Positions 42,413 through 53,306 of a DNA stretch of 64,000 nucleotides are shown one piece after another. The stretch is from an uncultured delta proteobacterium (GTDB lineage: Bacteria > Desulfobacterota > WTBG01). The notes beneath the pieces were generated by a model, which was not told where the DNA came from, made no database searches, and saw nothing but the letters and a program-made list of their open reading frames with translations. The DNA is taken from positions 3,115 through 67,114 of the forward strand of contig CAVVWZ010000031.1 in assembly GCA_963752035.1 (NCBI GenBank). Reading direction: 5' to 3'. Both the position numbers and the translations under genes were made by a program. Position 1 is the first letter of the stretch; each line of letters opens with the position of its first letter.

Positions 42413-43469
42413 TCACATAATCAGCCAGGGTTGGGGCAGGAAAATTTTCTCATAGAAGTTGAAGGCATATCGATCTGTCATGCCTGCGACAAAATCACAC
42501 ACTCGACGTTCTAATGATTCACCAGCACCGGGCCAGGAATATTCCTTAAGGAATTCATCTTCGTGATCCAGGAAATAGTGATAGAGTTCCCTCAGTATCT
42601 TTGAGGCCTTAATAAAATTGGAGTAAACTGCAGCTCCAAAATATACTTCTCTATAGAGGTACTCCCGCAGTTTTACTGTTTTCTCCATAACCGGTTGACT
42701 TAAGGTAATCTGCTCTCCCCCTGTCTCCTCTCCGACCTTCAATACATCTTTTACCATTACATCTATCCTGCGGGCCTGGGAATCACCAAGGAATGAAATA
42801 CAATCCTGTGGAAGATCATGATGAGAAATAACTCCAGCTCTCAGCGCATCGTCAATGTCATGATTGACATAGGCGATGATATCAGCAACTCTCACGATCT
42901 GTCCCTCCAGGGTTGCGGGCATGAATTGAGGATCACTTGCAATGATATCGCCCTCTCCTTTCGAGTGTTTCAAGAATTCCATCACGAACCTCATGGGTCA
43001 AATTCAGCCCTTTACCGTCCTTTTCCAAAATATCAACCACCCGCAAGCTCTGTTCGGGATGACGAAATCCACCGGGGAAGATCTCATTGAGAACCGCCTC
43101 ACCTGCATGTCCAAAGGAGGTGTGACCGAGATCATGGCCGAGGGCTATTGCCTCGGTCAGATCTTCATTTAATCGAAGGGATTTTGCTATGGTCCGGGCT
43201 ATTTGGGAGACCTCCAGGGTGTGGGTCAATCGGGTACGATAGTGATCACCCGTTGGGGCCAGAAAAACCTGTGTTTTGTGTTTGAGCCGTCGAAAGGATT
43301 TTGAATGGAGAATCCTGTCCCGGTCGTGCTGAAAAGCGGGCCTTATCTCACATAGATCCTCTTCAATCTTTCTTCCCCTGGTCCGGGAACTGAGCTGGGC
43401 AAGAGGGGAAAGTCTTAATTCTTCATCCTGCTCAAGCATTTCGCGGATACTCATTGTATGCCTCCTCAC
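42413..43469 (-). CDS. dGTP triphosphohydrolase-like HD-domain protein, frame broken near 42968-42970
   Basis: ORF 42933-43469 holds [15 protein letters not shown] and [13 protein letters not shown] 42413-42994 continues with KHSKGEGD...[17 protein letters not shown]. The join lies at a 3-nt homopolymer. Confidence 0.8.
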
Positions 43470-43806
43470 CGGTATATCACTAGTACTAAAAACAGCAACC
43501 TAGATTTCATGTAACCACCCCTAAGGTACCATAAAAAATATAAACAGTAATAGAAAAATATAGGGATTTTTCACTTAACATCTAAAGATAACCAGTTAAT
43601 TATTCAGTTAAAAACACGGAAAGATCACTTTTTTAGACATATTTCACTAGCAACCCTTGACAATGAGAAAAGAAGAATTATATTATAATGTTAACTTAAA
43701 TTAACCAACATAGCCCAAAACAGAGTGAACTATCTGAAATAAAAAGATAAAAATCAACAGTTTACCTCTAAAAATCAATTTTTTTCACTATTCTCCAAAA
43801 AAACAG

Positions 43807-43835
43807 TTGATTAAATGGGAAAAAACAGCTAAATT
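43807..43835 (+). promoter_or_regulatory. Putative groESL promoter (TTGATT-N17-TAAATT)
   Basis: The hexamers lie directly upstream of the CIRCE element. Confidence 0.45.
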
Positions 43836-43836
43836 A

Positions 43837-43863
43837 TTAGCACTCATCAAGAAAGAGTGCTAA
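43837..43863 (+). promoter_or_regulatory. CIRCE operator (HrcA binding site)
   Basis: TTAGCACTC-N9-GAGTGCTAA is a perfect match to the CIRCE consensus, 115 bp upstream of groES. Confidence 0.9.
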
Positions 43864-43977
43864 TATGCTTTATATATAATGCAATTCAGATTAAAGGAGG
43901 TGGTGAACGTAATACAAATCTGGGTGTTTTAAGTAATCTATTCAATAATCTATTAGTAAACAGGAGGTTTTAAAAAG

Positions 43978-45925
<1,948 letters not shown>

Positions 45926-45948
45926 AAACCGCTTTAAAAAACTACAAA

Positions 45949-45987
45949 AAGAGAGAGCTCCTCAAAGAGGGGCTCTCTCTTTTTTTG
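45949..45987 (+). terminator. Rho-independent terminator after groEL
   Basis: AGAGAGAGCTCC...GGGGCTCTCTCT stem followed by T7. Confidence 0.7.
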
Positions 45988-46023
45988 ACAGTACAATCAT
46001 TCAGGTCTCATATATGCTTCCAT

Positions 46024-46449
46024 TTAAAACGGTATATCATCTTCTGTGTTTATATCCGGGGTACTATCGTTGGAGGGAGGAGGACCGAGGTCACTTCCAC
46101 CTGATCTTACCTGATCTCCTGCAGTGCCAAGCATCTGCATTATGCCGGCAACAATCTCCGTTGTTTTGCGCTTGTTGCCATCACGATCCTCCCAATCCCT
46201 TGTCTGCAGTCTTCCTTCAATGTACACCTGCTTGCCCTTAGCGAGATACTCACCGCAAATTTCACCCAATTTCCCAAAGGCAACAATGCGATGCCACTCA
46301 GTCCTCTCCGTCTTCTCACCACTTTTGTCGGTAAAGTTTGTGCTGGTAGCAATGTTGAAATTGGCTACAGGTGTTCCCGTATTGGTGTATCTCACCTCGG
46401 GATCAGCACCTAAACGACCTAAAAGGATAACCTTATTTACACCCGCCAT
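46024..46449 (-). CDS. ssb: Single-stranded DNA-binding protein
   Basis: 141 aa with an OB-fold N-terminus ([17 protein letters not shown]), a Gly/Pro-rich tail and a terminal DDIPF. Confidence 0.95.
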   Translation of the reverse strand: MAGVNKVILLGRLGADPEVRYTNTGTPVANFNIATSTNFTDKSGEKTERTEWHRIVAFGKLGEICGEYLAKGKQVYIEGRLQTRDWEDRDGNKRKTTEIVAGIMQMLGTAGDQVRSGGSDLGPPPSNDSTPDINTEDDIPF

Positions 46450-46531
46450 TGTTTCCTCCTCACTAAAAAATTAATAAATTGAAATGTGCCAGAATTCTAG
46501 CACCAATCGAAATAAAGTCAACCCATTACTC

Positions 46532-46585
46532 GGGGTCAAACCTACACTTTTGACAAAAAAATGTCAAAAGTGTAGGTTTGACCCC
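46532..46585. repeat. Perfect 24+6+24 palindrome, copy 2 of the family seen at 32034
   Basis: GGGGTCAAACCTACACTTTTGACA / AAAAAA / TGTCAAAAGTGTAGGTTTGACCCC. It lies in the divergent ssb / 46916-gene spacer. Confidence 0.85.
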
Positions 46586-46915
46586 CAAAACAAGGAATAC
46601 TCATCACCGGATCTTCAAGGGTTTGCCCCCCATGTGTTTGAGTTGGAATGTCAAACTGGGTTCTAACTTATTGGATTGTAAGATCTTTGGTAAATGTCAA
46701 AGTTTTCCTCTCTATCGAGGTACCACCATATGTAGTTTAAATTGGGGACATATAAGATACATTAATATTGATTTAGAAAGGATTTTATGGTTTAATTTAA
46801 TATCATAAAAACAATATTAGGTGTTCAGATGAAGACACTTTTTAACATAACCCTACCTCATCTTAGACAGAGCAATCTAACCGGTGGGGTTTATCTGTTT
46901 GAGGGAGGGGAAACA

Positions 46916-48817
46916 ATGAAAAAATTATCTGTATTCACTATGGTTTTTTTAATTGTTTGCATCTCTACTTCTGTAAGCTACAGCGAATATTATTGGGCAA
47001 AGACTTATGGTGGGCCGGTATGACGTTGCCGAATCTATCATAAAAACTACTGATGGTAGGTTTCTTGTTTCCGGTGTTGCTAATCCGTTGGGCCAGGTGA
47101 ATTTGATTGGTCGATAACGAAAGTTGGCAGTAATGGGGAAATTCTCTGGCAAAAAACTTTTGGTGCAAGTATTGGTGGATTACGGAAGTCCATCATTGCA
47201 TCAAACAACCGATGGAAACTATCATAGTCACAGAGTTATTCCGATTCTTTTGGTGCTGGTGACCGGATGCATGGATATTAAAGTTTGATTCAGTGGCAAT
47301 GATTATTATGGCTGAAGACTTACGGAGGAGTGGCTATGATGATGCTCAATCCATCCAGCAGACACAGATGAGGGGTATATAGCAGTAGGAAGTACCGGCT
47401 CTTTTGGCGATGGGAGTTCTGACATATGTGTTATGAAACTCCATTCCAATGGAAATATTATGTGGCAGAAGACATATGGGGGAGAAGGTTATGATTAGTG
47501 CAGCAATCTATCCAGGAAACCTCAGATGGAGGATATATAGTCGTGGGATCAACATCCCTTTCTGGAGATGAATGGGGAGATAGTTTTCGCTTTAAAACTC
47601 AACAGTACCGGTGATATTTCCTGGTCGAAGGCTTTTGGTGTGTGCTGTGGAGATTTTGGTGAATTTGCTCACGAAGTTCTAGGAGAAGGATACATTGTAG
47701 GGGGAACTAATTACCATGAGGGTTATTATTACTACTGGCTGCTTAAGCTCGACTACAGCGGGAACATTACCTGGCAAAAAATGTATGGAATTTATGAGGC
47801 TGCGAACCATGCCTTTTCTTTTCACCAAACAGCAGATGGAGGATATGTTATAGCAGGTAGTTCTCTAGTATTTAGTCCAAGTGTAAATGATTTTGCTCTT
47901 GTGGTTAAATTAGATGGTAACGGTGATGTATTGTGGCACAAAACTTATGATGTAGGTGAATATACTACCATTATGTCTATCCAGCAAACAGTAGCAGGAG
48001 GGTACATAATGGTAGGTCATGCAGGATTTGGAACCACCTGGGAATCAAGATGTTTTAATATTCCAACTTGATAACACAGGGAACATTCCTGATTGTGATC
48101 TGATAAGTAATAAATATTTCATTTTTTCTGAAACAACTGTTTCACCTGAAGATTTTAGCTTTACCGTTCAAACATCAATTCCCACTATTACAGACACTAC
48201 TATTGTACCCCAAGATTTTTCAACAGTGATTTCTGATATCTGCTGTTATGATGATACCAGCGATGCTGACCAGGATGGTGTAGGAGATGTTTGTGATCCT
48301 GATGATGATAATGATGGAGTATGTGACCCGGGTGTTTCTGATTCCATATGTACCGGATCAGACAATTGTCCTTATACACCAAATGGTTCTGAAGGAGGTA
48401 CCTGCACTGCGGGAGCAACCTATAAAATTGGTAGGCCCTGCATAAATCATGCTGAATGTGAAGCGAGTGGCTTCTGAAGTACAAATCAGGAAGATACTTA
48501 TCCTCCAGAAGGGAATGGAATAGGAGATGCTTGCGAGTGTGAAGGGAACTTTGATTGTGATGAAGATCATGATGGCTCTGATGCCGCAACCTTCAAGATA
48601 GATTTTGGACAGAAGCACATTTAGCAATCCTTGCGAAACTAGTGATCCATGCAATGGAGATTTTGATTGTGATAACGATTGTGATGGGACTGATGCTGCA
48701 AAATTCAAAGAAGATTTCGGAAGAAGTGGTTTTAACAATCCCTGTCCTACTTGTGAAGTAGGAGATTGGTGTGTATATCCCTACAATAGTTTGAATCATT
48801 CTTCTGATGACCAGTAA
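46916..48817 (+). pseudogene. Secreted repeat protein A, heavily frame-broken. Domains: signal peptide, about seven W-x-K-T-Y-G-G type propeller-like repeats, TSP3-like D-rich repeats, dockerin-like CxGDFDCDxDxDGxDAxxFK repeats
   Basis: It begins MKKLSVFTMVFLIVCISTSVSYS. Homologous repeat units can be followed only by switching frame many times between 47000 and 47570. Longer intact pieces are 47568-48071, 48019-48477 and 48605-48817. There is an in-frame TGA at 48475. Confidence 0.6.
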
Positions 48818-48854
48818 AGCCTCTCAGTTAAAATTCTGAGAGGCTTTTTTTTTT
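48818..48854 (+). terminator. Rho-independent terminator of gene A
   Basis: AAGCCTCTCAG...CTGAGAGGCT stem followed by T10. It is paralogous to the terminator at 52512. Confidence 0.8.
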
Positions 48855-49385
48855 GGATGAAGACACAATATATTGTGGTATGTTACAATCTTGGTTAAAA
48901 ATTGTAACATACTGCACCCATTAAAAGGCTAATGTCAAGAGGGAACACCTCTCCTGTAATAAAAAGTTTGGCTTTTTTACAGTGTAGTACCATGATGTCT
49001 CAATCCGGCTTTGCTTTCGCACCCGTGGTTTCATTGTATAGTATAGTTACGAAACAGTAGTGACCAGTACTGCCTCGCACCATGCACCCATCAGGATCAA
49101 GGCTTATAAGAGTATACTTCCCTCTTTGCCCCTGGCACTTGTTCGTGCCCCAGAAAACCTTCGGTTCCATACCAGTGTCCATTGGTTTTATCTCAAATAT
49201 CATGGCTGTACACCAGCAATTCATGGCTCATGGTATAGGCGAAACAGTAAACCGTGTGAGACATATTATAATCCTTTAGTATCCAAGGATGTGGCAGATT
49301 ACCAATCAAATAGTGTGGTTTAGTCCCAGCAGAATGTTATAGGTTCACTGCCACATCCCTTTCTTACACAAATACCCGTGAGGGA

Positions 49386-50383
49386 TCAAACTCTCGTCTG
49401 ATCCCGTATGATATAGTAACAGGCTCGGGCTAGCTTGTGGGCTATTGTTTTTCTCGCCACGATCAGATTGGTCTTAGCCATCTTCCTTTGATAGTAACGC
49501 TTCACGTACTCGTAATGCCGCAGTGCATGGTGTGCTGCCTCTACATATGCCCAGGACAAGTGCTTGTTTCCATTTTTACGGTTTCCTTTTCCTTTGACTT
49601 TTTCGTTCGAAAACCTCTTGCTTCCCACACACCGGCAATAGGATGCATAGTTTCCTACCTTCTCAAATCTCTCTATGGGACCGGTCTCATACATGATGGT
49701 CAAAGCCAGAATCTTCTTGTATCCCTGGTACCGTCATCAGCAACCTGTATTCATCTCTGAGTTTTGCAGCCTTGTGGATTGTTTTTTCTAATTGCTTGTA
49801 TTCTTTCAGCTAAAAAGAGTATTGTGGCAATGCTTACCTTGCCTGATACTACCAGGTGTTTATCATGGAAAAGGTGTTCTACATCATCTTCACTCAGTTT
49901 CTTGACGGCATTGCCATTCATGCTCTTACCCAGGTTCCGGGAAACAAGATTCTGAAAGCTTTGTATCTGGAGCGTGCGTTGTTGTACTAATTGCATCCGT
50001 TTCCGTAAGAGGTCTCGTATCGGTCGTTCCTCTTTCGGATAAATATATCCTGTCGGCAGGATACCAAGACGGAGCAGGTTCGCCAGGTGAAAGGCATCGG
50101 TAACGTCATCTGAATGTTTGAGCCCTGTATACTGCTTAATTGCTGAGGGATTTGCCAGATGTATAGTGTATCCCTCCTCGATCAGTCCATCTACCAGCCA
50201 ATACCAGTTGTAGGTCGATTCAACCACTATTCCTTTAACCTGGTCCCGGTAGGGCTTCAGTGCATGTAGTACCAGCCTCAAATCATTTTTTGTTTTCTTC
50301 TTGAACACTTTTTTGTTATCATTATCAATAATTGCTGTATAGCTGTTGTTTGAGTGTAAATCTATTCCTACGTAATGGTCCAT
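49386..50383 (-). pseudogene. IS110-family DEDD recombinase/transposase, frame broken twice (near 49810 and 49715)
   Basis: The N-terminus MDHYVGIDLHSNNSY matches the DEDD_Tnp_IS110 type. The middle part LLMTVPGI / KILALTIMYETGPIERF and the C-terminus YASYCRCV...GNKHLSWAYVEAA match the Transposase_20 type. They are recovered from three frames. Confidence 0.75.
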
Positions 50384-50563
50384 GATGCACCTCCTGTTAA
50401 ATGGTTAATAGTTTGTCTCGTAACCATTATAAACCTACAGGAAAGTGTTTTCCATGGGCCTTTTATATGATTATCAAATGTGTTGTACTCGACCTTCTCA
50501 AATAAAAACTCAACATTGAGTTGGAATGTCCAGGTTGACTCCCAAAAAAATTCCATGATTGTT
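50384..50563 (-). ncRNA. Candidate IS110 guide (bridge-type) RNA region, hypothesis only
   Basis: The region has no ORF and several hairpins (50400-50428 8-bp stem, AACTCAA/TTGAGTT at 50507-50522). It contains a 15-nt copy of the IS-free paralogous site. Confidence 0.25.
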
Positions 50564-50805
50564 TTGGAATGTCAAACTGGGTTCTAAATTATTGGATTGT
50601 AAGATCTTTGGTAAATGTCACAGTTTTTCTCTCGATTGAGATACCACTATATATTGACATTTGATATCGATTTGGGGTTTAATTTATTGTATAGTTGAAT
50701 ATTAATTGGGTGTTCCAATGAAAACACTTATTTGACATAACCCTACCTCATTTTAGACGGAGAAGTCTAAGCAGGTGGGGTTTATTTGTTTGAGGGGGGA
50801 ATACA

Positions 50806-52483
50806 ATGAACCTTAGAAAATATCACTAGTTTTTGTTGTATGCTGTGCTTGTTTTGTTATGGTAAGTAGTACCAATGCTTTTGGCTCTTGGAGCATAGAA
50901 ACCTTGGATAGTATGGAGATGTAGGCTATGATACCTCCATATCAGTTGATTCACAAGACAAGGTACACATCAGTTATTATAATATACACATGACCTATTA
51001 AATACATTACCAACACCACAGGTTCCTGGGTACAGAGACGCTGGATGTCTCAAATTATGTAGGGTCCGTTTACTTCCACCTCTCTAGCAATTGACTCTCA
51101 AGATAAGGTGCACATCAGTTATTCTTAGTTCTTGCTTTTATAATCTTTGGATTTTGGAATATCATACACCACCAATGCAACAGGTTCGTGGGTAGCAGAG
51201 ACCCTGGGTAGCGTTGGAGACTGCACCCCATGTCTACCTCCATAGCAGTTGACTCACAGGACAAGGTGCACATCAGCTATGGTGGCCCCTTAAATACATC
51301 ACCAATGCCACAGGTTCCTGGGTAGCAGAAACGCTGGATAGCCCAGGCAGGCATTCCTCCATAGCGATTGACTCACAAGACAAGGTTCACATCAGCTATG
51401 TTGATAAGACTAATGATGACCTTAAATATAATACAAATGTCACTGGTTCCTGGATAGCAGAGACCCTGGATAGCGGTGGAGAATTTATAGGCAATTCCAC
51501 CTCTATAGCAGTTGACTCACAAGATAGGGTGCACATCAGTTATTATGATGCTACTAACGATGACCTTAAATACATTACCAATACCACAGGTTCCTGGGTG
51601 GCGGAAACGTTGGATAGCGTCTGGTATCTATTATAGATGGTAATAGCCACCTCCATAGCGATTGACTCACAGGATAAGGTGCACATCAGCTATTATGATA
51701 ATTATCACTGTGACTTAAAATATGCATGATGTGAAGTGGATCACGGAAACTACAGGTCCATGGGTTTACAGAGACAGTGGATAGCAGTGGAAGTGTAGGC
51801 ACGTGGAACTCCACAGCAGTTGACTCACAAGACAGGGTGCACATCAGCTATTTTGATAATACGAACGGAGACCTTAAATACGCCAAGCAATGTCTTGCAC
51901 CGGATTCTGATTGTGATGATATCCTGGATTATGAGGATAATTGTCCTGAAAACTTTAATCCAAGCCAAGTGGACACAGATGCTGACAGTATTGGAGATGT
52001 CTGTGACAACTGTCCTTTACACCCAAATAGTCCAGAGATAGGTATCTGCACCTGGGCATACACAGGTACAACCTGTTTGAGTGATGAGGAGTGTGGATAT
52101 GCGGGTTTTTGCAGTATAGATCAGGCAGACAACATTGATTGCGACTTGCAAGACAAATTTTGATTGCGATTACGATGTAGATGGGACTGATGCTGCTAAT
52201 TTTAAATTACATTTTGGAAGAAGCCTGTTTGACAATCCTTGTACAAATGGTGAGCCATGCAAGGGCGATTTTGAGTGTGATGGAGATGTGGATGGAAGTA
52301 ATGCAGCTGAGTTCAAGGGACGTTTTGGCACAGTTCCATTTCCACCGTATGGTTATTGCTTGTCCTGTGTTGATGGAGTATATCAATACGATTGCTCATA
52401 CTAAAATTATTTTCATTAATTTATTCAACAACCCCTGTCCGGCTTATGCAGTAGGGGAGTGGTGTGTGTATCCATTGCCATAA
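50806..52483 (+). pseudogene. Secreted repeat protein B, heavily frame-broken. It shares leader, signal peptide and C-terminal module with gene A but has seven different (S-I-A-x-D-S-Q-D-K-V-H-I-S-Y type) propeller-like repeats
   Basis: ATG 50806 is followed by a stop after 7 codons. The signal peptide (KISLVFVVCCACFVMVSSTNA) continues in another frame. Intact pieces are 51777-52163, 52135-52404 and 52181-52483. Confidence 0.6.
50940..51890 (+). repeat. Seven tandem coding repeats of 119-158 bp
   Basis: The anchor CACATCAG recurs at 50966, 51111, 51269, 51388, 51532, 51682 and 51839, inside conserved GACTCACA[AG]GA[CT]A[AG]GGT.CACATCAG[CT]TAT blocks. Confidence 0.85.
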
Positions 52484-52511
52484 GATTTTGAAGCATAATT
52501 CAGACTAATGA

Positions 52512-52545
52512 AGCCTCTCAGCAATAACCCTGAGGGGCTTTTTCC
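52512..52545 (+). terminator. Rho-independent terminator of gene B
   Basis: AGCCTCTCAG...CTGAGGGGCT stem followed by T5. Confidence 0.7.
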
Positions 52546-52830
52546 TTTGGTCACCAACCCCAGATATAGTGGTGTTTGGAATTAGCCAGAAACCTTGACA
52601 TTCTGCAAAAATGTTGGGTACTCAGGTTCCGAAGTAATAACGCATAATACAAAAAGAATGTTGAACTCTGCTTGCTGGAAAGGGATTGTATATAAGTTCT
52701 CGAACCCTAAAGCGAAGAATGATTTTCCCGTTAACCTTGAGGATGCCTATAGTAACAGGCTCAAGAAATGTGGTAAATCAGTGAGGGACGTTGGTAAATA
52801 GATGCATAGCCAACTCGACAAAAAAGTAAG

Positions 52831-53163
52831 TTAACTGCCTTTTTCTGATGTCCAATCAGCTATCTTCAACCCTTCGATACGTTTAAAGTGCTTCGTATTA
52901 TTAGTAACTAGGACGAGGTTGTTTGTCATAGCAGGCGTAAGATTCTATTTGGTACCTAAGTTTTCATGACCAAAAATTTCAACAACTGCTTACGATACTA
53001 TGAGTTTTCCAGGTTTATATCTTTAAGATTGCTCTCCTTTCTGTGATTTATAGGACAAATAAATCATTAGGGTTACAACGCTTATATTTGGATGTTAGCG
53101 AAGATTTTTGGTATGTTTCATGACCCTAACAATAATTACGATATTTGTGTCCAGGAGATACAC
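52831..53163 (-). pseudogene. vapC: PIN-domain toxin VapC relic
   Basis: A single 111-codon frame reads VYLLDTNIVI...ISVVTL...YKSQKGEQ...AVVEIFG...NNLVLVTNNTKHFKRIEGLKIADW. It is interrupted by four in-frame stops and is shorter than typical VapC. Confidence 0.6.
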
Positions 53164-53256
53164 TTAAAATCCCTTCTTTAGCTTTTTTGAATTTTTACGG
53201 CTACGTTTTATTTCAGAAATTATTTTGTCTACGCTTCTCTTATCCTTCCAGGAAAC
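53164..53256 (-). pseudogene. C-terminal remnant of the cognate antitoxin
   Basis: The 30-codon tail (...WKDKRSVDKIISEIKRSRKNSKKLKKGF) has its stop abutting the vapC GTG. No start codon or N-terminal domain is left before otsA. Confidence 0.3.
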
Positions 53257-53306
53257 TTAAAGTTTCTGTGTGTTGAATTGCAAGAGCTGAAATAACCCTA
53301 AAGGCC

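Larger units (their letters stand above)
49331..50563 (-). mobile_element. IS110-family insertion sequence (boundaries uncertain)
   Basis: It contains the recombinase gene at 49386-50383 plus a 132-180 bp non-coding 5' end. It is bracketed by GGAATGT-containing direct repeats at 49331-49352, 50523-50543 and 50564-50573. Confidence 0.6.

Noticed and set aside
49383-49394. The minus-strand sequence AGAGTTTGATCC, identical to the start of the universal 16S rRNA 27F primer site.
   Set aside because: The match ends after 12 nt (16S would continue TGGCTCAG). It overlaps the last codons and stop of the IS110 recombinase gene, so it is coincidental.
50940-51890. Regularly spaced conserved repeats that superficially resemble a CRISPR array.
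   Set aside because: The repeat period is 119-158 bp with conserved spacers. The units translate into propeller-blade-like protein repeats, and there are no cas genes or leader. They are tandem coding repeats.
52595-52801. The 68-aa plus-strand ORF between the gene B terminator and the vapC relic.
   Set aside because: It starts with a non-ATG codon, has no Shine-Dalgarno sequence and no family resemblance. It lies in a region full of gene debris.
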